DNA of 64,000 bases from a virus. The stretch lies in IMG/VR virus record IMGVR_UViG_3300045988_111426; one strand, written 5' to 3'. Below, one piece after another: positions 26,180 through 35,400 of the stretch (positions within the stretch are counted from its first letter, which is position 1; each line of letters opens with the position of its first letter). The notes under the pieces are model-generated. The model worked only from the letters and a program-made list of their open reading frames with translations, did not search any database and was not told the DNA's origin. A program made the position numbers and the translations under genes.

Positions 26180-27375
26180 TATTCCGCTATTTTGTAGTTA
26201 TAAACTGGCTTTAAGACACCTTCCACATCAACAGTTTCTGCGAGCCATGGAAGAATATCTTCAAGTTTCTTATAAGCAGAAGGTGATTCATCTATCACAT
26301 CTTCGGAAAGTGACCATGTCTGTACGCCTTCCATAGATTCCCGAAGTTCCTCAAGCGTGAGCTTTTTCTTTGCTTCTGTCCTTGACATCACACGACCTGC
26401 TCCATGAGGTGCAGAATAGTTCCAATCTGGATTTCCAATCCCACGACCGATGATTATTCCGTCACGCATGTTGATAGGGATCACAACACGTTGATCTTTA
26501 TAAGCAGAACATGCACCCTTTCGAATAATTCCGTGGTTATCGATGTAGTTATGAACACAATGCTCGATTTGAGAACTCTCTATCTTTATACCGAGATGTT
26601 CACCTATGGACATTGCGATATACATGCGACTGAGGATAGCGAATTCGACAGCAACACCAATGTCGTGGAGATAGTCGTAAAGCAATGATTCATCGAGAAT
26701 ATCGGTTGACTGCCCGATTGCTCGCATTTCCTTTACACGTTCCTCGATCTTTGTATGAAGACCGTTCTTTTTCATTTCCACAATCATCTCCTTAATCTTT
26801 TCTGACTTCGCCTTCTTGATCATTTCGACGTTCTTGGACACATAGTACTTGTAGACATGGTTGCCAAGACGACGAGATCCACTATGAATGACGAGATAAA
26901 GATCACCTACCTCTGATTTGCCGATCTCTATGAAGTGATTACCACCTCCAAGAGTGCCCAGAGTATTGGTTATCTTCTGAAACTCGTCTTGATCCACACC
27001 GCATCGCAACGAAGATATCGTCATATTGCTCATCTTCATGAAATCGTATAGAAATCCACCAAATGGTGTGTTAGACTGTGTACCCTTCTTTGCGACTAAA
27101 TCAACAAAGTCGTTCAGATCCTTGTAGTTGATATCGATCTTCCCAAGCTTTACCAAGGTCATCCCACAGCCTATGTCATTTCCCACAAGATGAGGGTTGA
27201 CCTTTCCTTGGGATGTTGTAGATGTGAAGCCAATAACACATCCTTTCCCTGCATGGACATCTGGCATAATCCTCACACTTTCTGCGGAATATGGCTCTGT
27301 GGAAACTATTGAATCGATCTGCACCTTAGTCTTCGAATCTATAACAGATGCGAAAATCTTAATGTTTGCTTCCAT
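26179..27375 (-). CDS. rtcB: RNA 3'-phosphate/2',3'-cyclic-phosphate to 5'-OH ligase RtcB
   Basis: MPDVHAGKG, NDIGCGM, GGGNHFIEIG, HSGSRRLGN, CVHNY and APHGAGRVMSR all align with remembered E. coli RtcB metal and GMP-His motifs. 398 aa, with no intein-sized insert. Confidence 0.9.
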   Translation of the reverse strand: MEANIKIFASVIDSKTKVQIDSIVSTEPYSAESVRIMPDVHAGKGCVIGFTSTTSQGKVNPHLVGNDIGCGMTLVKLGKIDINYKDLNDFVDLVAKKGTQSNTPFGGFLYDFMKMSNMTISSLRCGVDQDEFQKITNTLGTLGGGNHFIEIGKSEVGDLYLVIHSGSRRLGNHVYKYYVSKNVEMIKKAKSEKIKEMIVEMKKNGLHTKIEERVKEMRAIGQSTDILDESLLYDYLHDIGVAVEFAILSRMYIAMSIGEHLGIKIESSQIEHCVHNYIDNHGIIRKGACSAYKDQRVVIPINMRDGIIIGRGIGNPDWNYSAPHGAGRVMSRTEAKKKLTLEELRESMEGVQTWSLSEDVIDESPSAYKKLEDILPWLAETVDVEGVLKPVYNYKIAE

Positions 27376-27400
27376 ATGTCGAATTCTTGTTAATGATTGA

Positions 27401-27439
27401 GGGGGTTATCCGTCTTTCTTATTCGTTCAGATAACCCCC
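27401..27439 (-). terminator. terminator after the sigma4-MORN gene
   Basis: GGGGGTTATC / GATAACCCCC 10-bp stem. The loop reads (minus strand) TGAACGAATAAGAAAGACG, which is late-box-like. Confidence 0.55.
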
Positions 27440-27467
27440 AAATGATGATTTATGTTATGAATGACTA

Positions 27468-29258
27468 CTACTTGCGGTCTTCACATTCGTGGGAGTTACC
27501 TTCTGATGATTCGATATGATAAGTTCTCGATCTCAGTAGATCGCCATCGTTGTTATATTCAGAAGTCTTGCGTTCCATGTTTTCATAGTCGTATTCTGAG
27601 AGTTCTACAACGTTACCATTCTTATCGTGCTTCTTTGACTTGATAACACGACCTTCTTCGTCGTACATTTCCCAGATGCCGATAGGATTGTTCTTCTTGT
27701 CAGTGTTGCCACGTACCTTGAGCTTTCCGCTCATGTAGCGTTCTGTGTGAACGTTATCGATGAAGAATTCCACTGCCACACCATTCACGATATGACCGTA
27801 TTGTTCGAGCTTGCCTTGTTCGTTATAGACCTCGAAGATCTTCTCGGTGTCGCTGAGATAGTTCACCATCTCATCCTTCTTGCCATTTTCGTGGTAAGTG
27901 ATCCATTCTCCCGATTTCTTTCCGTTCGTGTAAGATCCGCTCTTGTAGACCTTACCATTTTCATAGTATTCGGTGTATTCACCACAGAGAGAACCATCGA
28001 CGTAGTTCGAGACACGCTTTACCTTGCCACTTTCGAAGTATTCGATTCTCTTCACCATCTGGTAGTTTTCGAAGAATGATTCCGACTTGATTGTGTCGAG
28101 TTCACCATTTTCGTAGTATCTCGTGACGACCCCCGAGGGAATCTGACGTTCAAGGATTGCTTCTGATTCGAGTTCACGCTTGATGATCTCCTTTACTCTG
28201 TTTCGCATTCTGAAGACACGAGACTTGACTGCACCGCTGGTTTCGAATCCGTATTTGTCACGGATCTGCTCGTGGGTGAGATCATTGAAGATAAAGTCGA
28301 TAAGGACTTCAGAGTTGGGACACTTTTCGAAGAGTTCACGGCAACGTTGAATCATTCGCTTGTTCTTTGCATCTTCTGGATCTTCATCGGGGTTGAAGAT
28401 GTCTTCTGCGCTGACGATTTCGATTTCTTCGTCGTCTTCCTTGACGGTGTTGCGCTTGTGGGCGATGTCGATCATTTCCTCGTTGTCGGTATCAGAGTTT
28501 GACGTGAGCTTTGACATAGGAATAACGATGTTGGTCTGCATTCTGTTGAATCTCATAAGTGAGAGATTCTTGGCAGAGACTGCAATATAACCACTGATGG
28601 GCTTGTCATCGGAGAACCATTCGTTGTCTTCTGACTTCGAAAAGTCACGGCTTTCGAGTTCATAGATCTCTTGATAGGTCAGACCGTCGTATGATTCCAT
28701 CTTGCGAGCATATGCTTCAGCATCTTTGGATTCGAGTTCTCGGATTCTTGCTTCAAGAACTTCGATTTCTGCCTTGAATTCCTCGATTTCTGCGAGTTCC
28801 TTCGAGAATGACTTCGTTGCCTTGAAGTCCGACATTGTCACCTTCTGCTCACGGTTTTCAATCAGTCTTTCGATCTCACGGATCTTCTTTTGGATATCTG
28901 CGACCTCCTTGTTTCGTACGTACTTCCGACGAGTTCTGAACATCTCGAACATGTCGATGACGACGTTGTGAGATTCATCCTCATCGTGGAGGATCAGCAA
29001 GGATTGCTCCATTGCCTGTGGATAGAAGATTGAGAAGAACTCAGAGAAGATGCAGTTGTCCTTGTCCCCAGTCATGAACAGTCTTCCCACAGATTGTTCA
29101 CGTACCCACTTCTGCATGGTGAACTTCTTGCGGTATGCAGGGGAGAGGGCGTTGTAGAGCTTGCGTTCCATGTCCTCTACGATGTGACGACGAACTTTGA
29201 TAATGAAAGCTCTGTTGATTTCCTTGCGAAGTCCTTCGGGTGTGATGTAAGTTGCCAT
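27468..29258 (-). CDS. sigma-70 region-4-like HTH protein fused to YwqK/MORN-type repeats
   Basis: aa ~300-365, RCRELFEKCPNSEVLIDFIFNDLTHEQIRDKYGFETSGAVKSRVFRMRNRVKEII, fits the ECF sigma region 4 pattern (Lp..e..v..l....s..eIa...g.s.gtVKSRl.RaR..Lk). aa ~378-596 holds repeated YYENG(K/E)... G(E/K)W..Y(H/D)ENG units. No region 2 recognised. Confidence 0.55.
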   Translation of the reverse strand: MATYITPEGLRKEINRAFIIKVRRHIVEDMERKLYNALSPAYRKKFTMQKWVREQSVGRLFMTGDKDNCIFSEFFSIFYPQAMEQSLLILHDEDESHNVVIDMFEMFRTRRKYVRNKEVADIQKKIREIERLIENREQKVTMSDFKATKSFSKELAEIEEFKAEIEVLEARIRELESKDAEAYARKMESYDGLTYQEIYELESRDFSKSEDNEWFSDDKPISGYIAVSAKNLSLMRFNRMQTNIVIPMSKLTSNSDTDNEEMIDIAHKRNTVKEDDEEIEIVSAEDIFNPDEDPEDAKNKRMIQRCRELFEKCPNSEVLIDFIFNDLTHEQIRDKYGFETSGAVKSRVFRMRNRVKEIIKRELESEAILERQIPSGVVTRYYENGELDTIKSESFFENYQMVKRIEYFESGKVKRVSNYVDGSLCGEYTEYYENGKVYKSGSYTNGKKSGEWITYHENGKKDEMVNYLSDTEKIFEVYNEQGKLEQYGHIVNGVAVEFFIDNVHTERYMSGKLKVRGNTDKKNNPIGIWEMYDEEGRVIKSKKHDKNGNVVELSEYDYENMERKTSEYNNDGDLLRSRTYHIESSEGNSHECEDRK

Positions 29259-29305
29259 GATTCGTTGATCTTTTGATTAGGGGTTAATTATGCGTTGTCT
29301 ATTGA

Positions 29306-29626
29306 TTACTTGTTGTTGTTGTTGTTCTTGCCGTTTGCAGGATCTGTTGCTTCCACTACGATGTAGCACGTGGCGAGGAAGCCGATGATGAAGATCACTA
29401 CGCCAGATGCTCCACCGACGAAGTTGCCTACGAGACCCTTCACGATTTTGCCGAGTGGGAAGAATGATTCGAGGATGAGCATGGAGATGAACGTGATTGA
29501 CATCCACTTTCTGATGGTCTTCTTTGTCTTGAAGAATTCGTTCGTTGTGGAAGCTACCTTCTTGACTGACTTGATGATGATTTCCATTGCGATGTTGATG
29601 AAATCATTGAACTTGCGATTAGTCAT
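29306..29626 (-). CDS. small C-terminally membrane-anchored protein (start re-assigned)
   Basis: The track ORF 29306..29785 would run through a conserved promoter/leader block. The internal ATG at 29626 (MTNRKFNDF..., 106 aa) sits just downstream of a CAATCA-type leader, as in other genes. Hydrophobic helices VIFIIGFLATCYIVV and ITFISMLILESFF. Confidence 0.5.
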   Translation of the reverse strand: MTNRKFNDFINIAMEIIIKSVKKVASTTNEFFKTKKTIRKWMSITFISMLILESFFPLGKIVKGLVGNFVGGASGVVIFIIGFLATCYIVVEATDPANGKNNNNNK

Positions 29627-29680
29627 GATCTTTGGATCTGATTGATTTGTTGAACTGATTTTTAGCTGTTGTGTGAAAAT

Positions 29681-29713
29681 CTTCACATAATAACTATAAC
29701 AAAGATCGTGCCA
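29681..29713 (-). promoter_or_regulatory. conserved TGGCA/TGTTATAGT promoter-like block A
   Basis: Minus-strand read: TGGCACGATCTTTGTTATAGTTATTATGTGAAG. Aligns over ~35 nt with blocks B and C. Confidence 0.55.
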
Positions 29714-29722
29714 GAGTTTCAA

Positions 29723-29900
29723 AGACATGACAGATTTGTCAGTTGTCATATATTCTGTCATGTCTTCTTTAACACTTTGTAACATCTTGTATTACCTCGT
29801 GTCATATACCATAACATTTTTTAACATCTCATGGCACAAATGTCATATGGCACATGTCATATTCTGTCATGTCATAGTTGTCATGTGTTATGTTTGTCAT
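29723..29900 (+). repeat. TGTCAT array A (9 same-strand copies)
   Basis: TGTCAT starts at 29744, 29756, 29800, 29841, 29855, 29865, 29870, 29879 and 29895. A proximal half-palindrome GACATGACAG lies at 29724-29733. Confidence 0.8.
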
Positions 29901-29923
29901 ATCTCGTGTTATATGAAAACAAA

Positions 29924-29957
29924 AGCCCACCTCGGCATATGAGCGTCGAGGTGGGCT
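29924..29957. terminator. bidirectional terminator
   Basis: AAAAGCCCACCTCG...CGAGGTGGGCTTTT: an 11-bp GC-rich stem flanked by A4 and T4. Confidence 0.75.
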
Positions 29958-29981
29958 TTTGTTTTCATCTTCCTTCAGTTG

Positions 29982-30473
29982 TTATTCGAGATCGACAGCT
30001 TCGATTATCAACATCTCGTTGAGTTCACTTCTGCTTAGTGCGATTCCCTTGAGGTTGTTACTTGCTTCAAGGTAGATGCTGACTTCTTCATTTTCTGGCC
30101 AATATGACACGGAATAGTCAACAAAAGAGCCGTCAGCATAGGTCTCATTGATGACAGCAGAGTATTCTCTGACGTTGTTGAAGGATGGAGTGGTTTTCAC
30201 GAGTTCCACAAGCATCCCCTGCACAAGGTCGACGAGGTATTTGTGTGCTTCCTGCCAGTTGCTTACACCCTCAACATAGTGACCTTCGATATTCTCGAGG
30301 TACTCGTTTAAGGATTTCGGATTCTCGATTTCAAGGCGAGCTTCTGCCATATCGTAGTCACCGTAGAAGGTGTCCGATACTGCCTTGTCGTAGTCGTACT
30401 TGATGTTGTGATTAGCTGGTGTAACGCCTTCTTGTGAATTGAAGTAGTACGTGTTGTGACCTGTCATTTCCAT
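29982..30473 (-). CDS. hypothetical acidic protein
   Basis: 163-aa ORF with its own TGTCAT-array/TGGCA promoter block upstream and a bidirectional terminator (29924..29957) downstream. Confidence 0.55.
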   Translation of the reverse strand: MEMTGHNTYYFNSQEGVTPANHNIKYDYDKAVSDTFYGDYDMAEARLEIENPKSLNEYLENIEGHYVEGVSNWQEAHKYLVDLVQGMLVELVKTTPSFNNVREYSAVINETYADGSFVDYSVSYWPENEEVSIYLEASNNLKGIALSRSELNEMLIIEAVDLE

Positions 30474-30535
30474 GAGTTCTGTTCTTTTGCTTTTACCTTT
30501 CGGTGGTGGATGATGATAACTGATTGATCAGAAGA

Positions 30536-30568
30536 TCTTTCACGATAATTATAACAAAGATTATGCCA
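30536..30568 (-). promoter_or_regulatory. conserved TGGCA/TGTTATAAT promoter-like block B
   Basis: Minus-strand read: TGGCATAATCTTTGTTATAATTATCGTGAAAGATC. It contains TGnTATAAT. Confidence 0.55.
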
Positions 30569-30577
30569 AGTTATCTT

Positions 30578-30641
30578 TGTCATGACAAGGTTGTTATATG
30601 CGCTGTCATACGTGTCATACTCATTCTGTCATCTTTGTCAT
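30578..30641 (+). repeat. TGTCAT array B (5 copies)
   Basis: TGTCAT starts at 30578 (within the palindrome TGTCATGACA), 30604, 30613, 30627 and 30636. Confidence 0.8.
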
Positions 30642-30654
30642 ATACTGATTTACA

Positions 30655-30724
30655 GGAAGGTACTTTCCTTGGCTTCTCTTCCTTTTTCTAATATGAAAAC
30701 AGCGAGAGGTATCTCCGAGTTCAA
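30655..30724 (-). promoter_or_regulatory. cassette E6 (minus orientation; upstream arm replaced by terminator hairpin)
   Basis: Minus-strand read: TTG (30724-30722), N20, TGTTTTCA (30701-30694), N21, CCAAGGAAAGTACCTTCC (30672-30655). Confidence 0.5.
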
Positions 30725-30738
30725 CGAAGATACCTCTC
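30704..30738 (-). terminator. terminator after 30773..31555
   Basis: GAGAGGTATCT / AGATACCTCTC 11-bp stem. Confidence 0.55.
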
Positions 30739-30772
30739 TGTGCTTTCGAAGGTATTTTTATATTTTTGATGT

Positions 30773-31555
30773 TTATGCGTTGTTTCTAAACGTTACGCCA
30801 CTATGTCTGTAAACCACAAGACCTTGATAGTTCTTTTCATCAACATAGACGAGTTCGACGAATTGTGGTTCATCAGATCTTTGTCCTTTGAATACAATCG
30901 ACACGTCCGTTGATTTCCCATTCATAAGTCGTATTGGTCTCAAGGGGTCAGATGAAGCTATCTGGCAAATATCCGATTCACCACATTGGAAAAGGTGCAT
31001 CGTGAAGTGCATACCCTTTTTCAGAGTTGCTGGGTTGATCAGAAGCTTCTTTTCCCCCGAAGATATCATCGAATTGTAATTCAGAAGAAGTACGGACTTT
31101 TTATTGTGAATGTCAGTACCACTATTCTGTGTGACATTCAGTACCTCGTATTGAGTGACCAGTGTTTGTTCAATATCAAAAGATGCCGAGGAGAATGATC
31201 TCGTCTTGAATGAATCACAAAACAGTCTATCAATATAAGATTCACCATCTGCAACGCTTGTAGTTCCCTTCCCTGCAACGAGCTTTGCAAATCTTGCATT
31301 ACCAAGATTGTCAATGCTGGCGATCTGTGAATTGCTCTTATCCAGTATAGAAAGTACGTCATCAATATCGGCATTGAGAACTACCTTCTTCAGTGACATT
31401 GTGCTATTCCCTGTGAGGTTAATTATACCTCGAGCAGTGTCGATGATAGAGTCATATGAGTTAAACTTTGATTCTATAATCGACAGGAAGTTGTTTATGA
31501 ACTGTGGAAGTTCTGATACGAATTCGCTTTTACTTAGTTTCTTAAAGCTATCCAT
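30773..31555 (-). CDS. hypothetical protein (probably virion-associated)
   Basis: 260-aa ORF at the end of the giant-fibre operon, followed by hairpin 30704..30738. No motif recognised. Confidence 0.5.
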   Translation of the reverse strand: MDSFKKLSKSEFVSELPQFINNFLSIIESKFNSYDSIIDTARGIINLTGNSTMSLKKVVLNADIDDVLSILDKSNSQIASIDNLGNARFAKLVAGKGTTSVADGESYIDRLFCDSFKTRSFSSASFDIEQTLVTQYEVLNVTQNSGTDIHNKKSVLLLNYNSMISSGEKKLLINPATLKKGMHFTMHLFQCGESDICQIASSDPLRPIRLMNGKSTDVSIVFKGQRSDEPQFVELVYVDEKNYQGLVVYRHSGVTFRNNA

Positions 31556-31563
31556 CTTTTGAT

Positions 31564-31956
31564 TTATTCGTTTTTGTTGTTTATTTCTTTGTATGTGAAT
31601 CTACGACCAGCGAAAGCCCTTACTGCGATGTAGTAAATGTAAGAGAGAATGAAAAACCACATCTGAGAACCAACGCTTCTATCTCTGAAATAAGAGGTTG
31701 ATCTTCGCACCATTGATTGGAAAAGTTCGATATCGGCTTTCAATCTGTCTTCTCGAGTTCCTCCTATTTCGTAAAGCATATCGTGGACTTCACACTCTCC
31801 ACGGAAAAACTCGTGGTGTGGTGGCTTTAGGAACTTGAATATTCCTCCCATAGCACCACAACCATTCGTCTTTGTCTTGTCTATGTCTACCTCGTTAATC
31901 TTCTCCATCTCCATCTTCCCATTCTTCGTCATCAAGAGTGTATTTCGAAAGATCAA
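31564..31956 (-). CDS. phospholipase A2-motif protein (GxG ... HDxxY) with C-terminal hydrophobic helix
   Basis: NGCGAMGG ... ECEVHDMLYEIGGTREDRLKADIELF resembles the Ca-loop plus HDxxY...D catalytic pattern of PLA2-like domains (a DUF1353-like reading is also possible). The start is ambiguous (Met 1, 9, 15 or 17) because of overlap with the upstream ORF. Confidence 0.35.
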   Translation of the reverse strand: MIFRNTLLMTKNGKMEMEKINEVDIDKTKTNGCGAMGGIFKFLKPPHHEFFRGECEVHDMLYEIGGTREDRLKADIELFQSMVRRSTSYFRDRSVGSQMWFFILSYIYYIAVRAFAGRRFTYKEINNKNE

Positions 31957-32464
31957 TGTTCGCTTTCTTCTGCCAACACTTGTTCAAACAGGTTTTTATG
32001 TGTGTGAGAACATGTAAAACAAAGTGCTTATATTGATCAAGCGTTTCTATCTTGTAGATGTAGAAATCATCATCATCGCCTATCTTGATGAACTCTGGGA
32101 GATTTGCACCACCGAGAGCGTTCGTAAGTAGGAAGCCAGTTGACCAGTTGAACTGATTCTCTTGAGATAGGTACAAAGGTTTTGTAACTGGTTCATCTTC
32201 AAGTGTCGTGTAAGAAGACCCAGTGAGAATTTCCTCGTCACATTCCTCGTTGAAGACCGATGATAACAAATCCACTATTTCCTTCGTCGTTGGGCGATGA
32301 TCATACTCTTGTACGCTATAAGTCATATCATCACCTTGACCTTTAATGTCGTAGGCGACTGTGTATTTCTCGTGAAGTGGATCTACGAGGTGGATGAGCT
32401 TGCCATCCACCTCGGGGTTACCACTTTGTCTGTTAGTTATCATCTGGTACGAATCGTTCATCAT
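31895..32464 (-). CDS. hypothetical protein
   Basis: 189-aa ORF overlapping both neighbours by a few codons, in an operon with the giant fibre gene. Confidence 0.5.
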   Translation of the reverse strand: MMNDSYQMITNRQSGNPEVDGKLIHLVDPLHEKYTVAYDIKGQGDDMTYSVQEYDHRPTTKEIVDLLSSVFNEECDEEILTGSSYTTLEDEPVTKPLYLSQENQFNWSTGFLLTNALGGANLPEFIKIGDDDDFYIYKIETLDQYKHFVLHVLTHIKTCLNKCWQKKANIDLSKYTLDDEEWEDGDGED

Positions 32465-35400
32465 ATAGGAATTTGTAATGTTTCAGAGATTTAAATTCTT
32501 CTAAGTTATTTGATATCACGACATTCCCAAGGAAGATTGGAACGTACGTCTCCCAACCAAACGTTTTCCATTTCACGTAGTTGTATTCATCATTACCGAA
32601 ACGGTCGTAACTGTTATTGTGGTCGTAATACAGACAGCAACCATTGAAATCAGTTGCACCAGTGTATGACCTTGGAACAATAGACAATTTCTTACCACTA
32701 TTTACAGTTCTCACTGGAGCGTTACGACCATTGTTGGAAGATTCCCAATCAATCACATAAACGTCCTTTGATCCAACTGGTGAGTATGTCGTTGATTTCT
32801 GAACAGCGATAATACCGTACCACTGTGAATATCTGTTGCCGTTCCAATATTTGAAGTGGTTCATATTGCTACCACCAGAATAATCAACCCCATCTTTGTT
32901 TCTTGCTTGTGTCATAAACACTACAGACTGCATCCATCCATAGCACAGGATCTGTGATTGACTGTATGGATTGAAATGTTTCTGTCCATATTCGTCGTCA
33001 TACACAAACTGCAATCTTGATCTGTTGTACACGCCATCAGTTCCGATACATCTTGAATCGTTTACACCGATTCTTGGATCTGTGAAGAATTTCTCACGAC
33101 CGCTGTCTATATTCGATGAAGAACAACCAGTTATGTTAGCATAGTCAAATCTACCATATGCCGATATCACAAGATGCCAGAAGTAACCAGCTTCTATTCT
33201 GTCGATCGACCTGTACGACGCATGTCTTCTCATGAAGTTCGCCACAGTGTTGGGGTTGTTATGATAACACAACGACGTTCCCTGTTTGAACACCCATTGG
33301 TTTTTGTTGTATCTTGTATCCAAGTGATTGTCGTGATCTTTAGCGTTCACTATGCCTGGGTATGATTGCTTTCTCTTATCGTTTGTACTGTACACGAGAG
33401 GATTGTGTGCTACCCACATCGATTCTTGTTTCGTCCAATCAGGTTCCCAGTCTGCAACCGAATCGCTATTTGTTAGCCATACTTCATAAACTTCGTGCGG
33501 TAGGAAGTCAGTGAGTATCGACGTGTAGAGATATTTTGCATCAGCAGGTACAGCACATCCGAAATCGGGGTTCATGATAGAAAAATCCGAATTGTTCAGA
33601 AGTATGAACTTTATGATCTTCCCATCTGCATCTGTGAAACAAGCACCAACATTCCAAGCTTTCTCGTAGTAGTATTCACCACCAGGTTGTCTCCGAGACC
33701 CAGGACTTGTAAGACCTATTGCTGGATTGTCCTCGTTGTGATATCCTCTGTGCATCATTGGGAACTTCACTCTCTTGAATCCACCAACGTCTATCTTGAC
33801 GTGACCTATGTAGTCTGCTCCTTCGCTTCCATCAGATATTGATCGTCTGTATTTGTAGAGATATTGACTTATGTTCTTTCCGACACAACCATTTCTTGGT
33901 TGTACGTAGATCTGTTTTACAGCATTCTGTCTAAACCATACGAAGTCGAACTTCTTGCCCTCTGGTCTCCGTGGTTCTTCGAGGTTTGATGACCAGATGA
34001 AGTAGTCAGTGTCTGTTTCATAATCATAAACGCCCTTTCTCCAAGATTGTGGTTCATGTACCCAAATACCGCCAGATTCTGCAACGTCGATATCTGCAAC
34101 TTCACAGAGGTCTGGATTTTCATTTGTGTCATATTTCCCAGAATGTCTGTCATGCAGAGGGAACACGACCATCTTTCCTCTCTCTTGTTCCTTTCCTCTG
34201 TACTTTCTACGATTCTCGACGATCTTCTTTACGTGACCACTCATCACATAAGGCTTGTTATAAAGATAACCAGTTTCGTTGTCAAGATTGCTCAGTCTCT
34301 GTGGATCAAGCACGTTCTGTTTCAGACCACGATTATCTACTATCGATTCCGTGACTGCAATTACTGAGTATTCTGGTTGCAGGATAGAAAGTTCGGGGTA
34401 CTGACGTTGCCACTTTTCCAGTTCGGATTCCTCGAGGAAGTTCTCAAGTTCATACTTACCAACAAATCCAGATTCACGACGAAGTGACCCATCAATCGTG
34501 ATCCCTCCCATCAGTTTGTACTTTTCAAAGAAGTCCGTACGACCCTTCTTGGAAACACCATAGATTCTGATGTTCTGAAGATTTGGGAATTCTTGGATGA
34601 TGTCTTCCCAACGAATGTTGTCACAGTTTTCTATCCACAGCTTCGTGATCTTTGATTTATCTTCGAAGTGGATGTTTTCCCAACGGAGATTTCTTAATCC
34701 ACGAAGTTGCAGGAATGTGAACGTTCTGGGAAGCCAAAGTTCCTCGATAAGTGATCCCGATGCAAACGAGATACTCTGCAGTTTCGTACGACGACCATCA
34801 AACTTGCGGAGACGAATATTGCCCGACAAATCAAGTGATGTGAAATTGTCGGATTGGAGACCTTGTACGTTGAGTTCTTCAAGATTTTGACATCCAGTAA
34901 GCGTGAGAGATTGAAGTGTTGTATTCGTATCGGCACATGAAAGGTCAAGCTTCTTCAAGGTCTTACAACTTGAGAAGTCGATATTGTTGAGGATGTACTT
35001 CGAAACCTCACGGAAGTCTATCTCTTGCATTCTCGACGCACCGTATATGAACTGAGGGTCATTGACGATAAGATCCATAAAGAACCTCAGAGAAACCTTG
35101 TAACCATTCTTCTCGTTTGCAAGAATACCGCTCTGTTTTGGAGCACCACTCGTGAACCCATAACCAAAGTTGTATTGCTCTGATGCTTTTATGTGGATCT
35201 CCTTGTTATCTTGAGAGAAGTTGTGAGAGAAGTAGATTCTTATGTTATCTGATCTGTAAGTACCTGCGAGATACTTCGCATCGAGAAGGTCGAATCGGTT
35301 ATTGATGATATACTGACGATGAGATTCTCTGTTCCCTTGAAGTGAATAAAGGTAGTCAAGATTGTTCTCCAGAAGAGGTTTTATGTACTTATGTTCAGAG

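Noticed and set aside
29277-29507. 76-aa minus-strand ORF (and 29370..29645 on the plus strand) overlapping the small membrane protein gene.
   Set aside because: Alternative frames of the same region. The R/Q-rich sequence arises from the AAC/AAG-rich tail (NNNNNK) of the real ORF.
29695-29713. The block TGGCACGATCTTTGT looks like a sigma-54 -24/-12 promoter (TGGCAC-N5-TTGC), and the TGTCAT arrays could be enhancer-binding-protein sites.
   Set aside because: All three copies have TTGT, not the near-invariant GC at -12. One copy has TGGCAT. The conserved part continues through a TATAAT-like hexamer, which fits an extended -10 reading better. It cannot be excluded without transcription start or RpoN-dependence data, so it is kept only as an alternative.
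29627-29785. N-terminal 53 codons of track ORF 29306..29785.
   Set aside because: This stretch overlaps the conserved promoter block and CAATCA leader shared with two other loci. The internal ATG at 29626 sits where starts occur in the paralogous regions.
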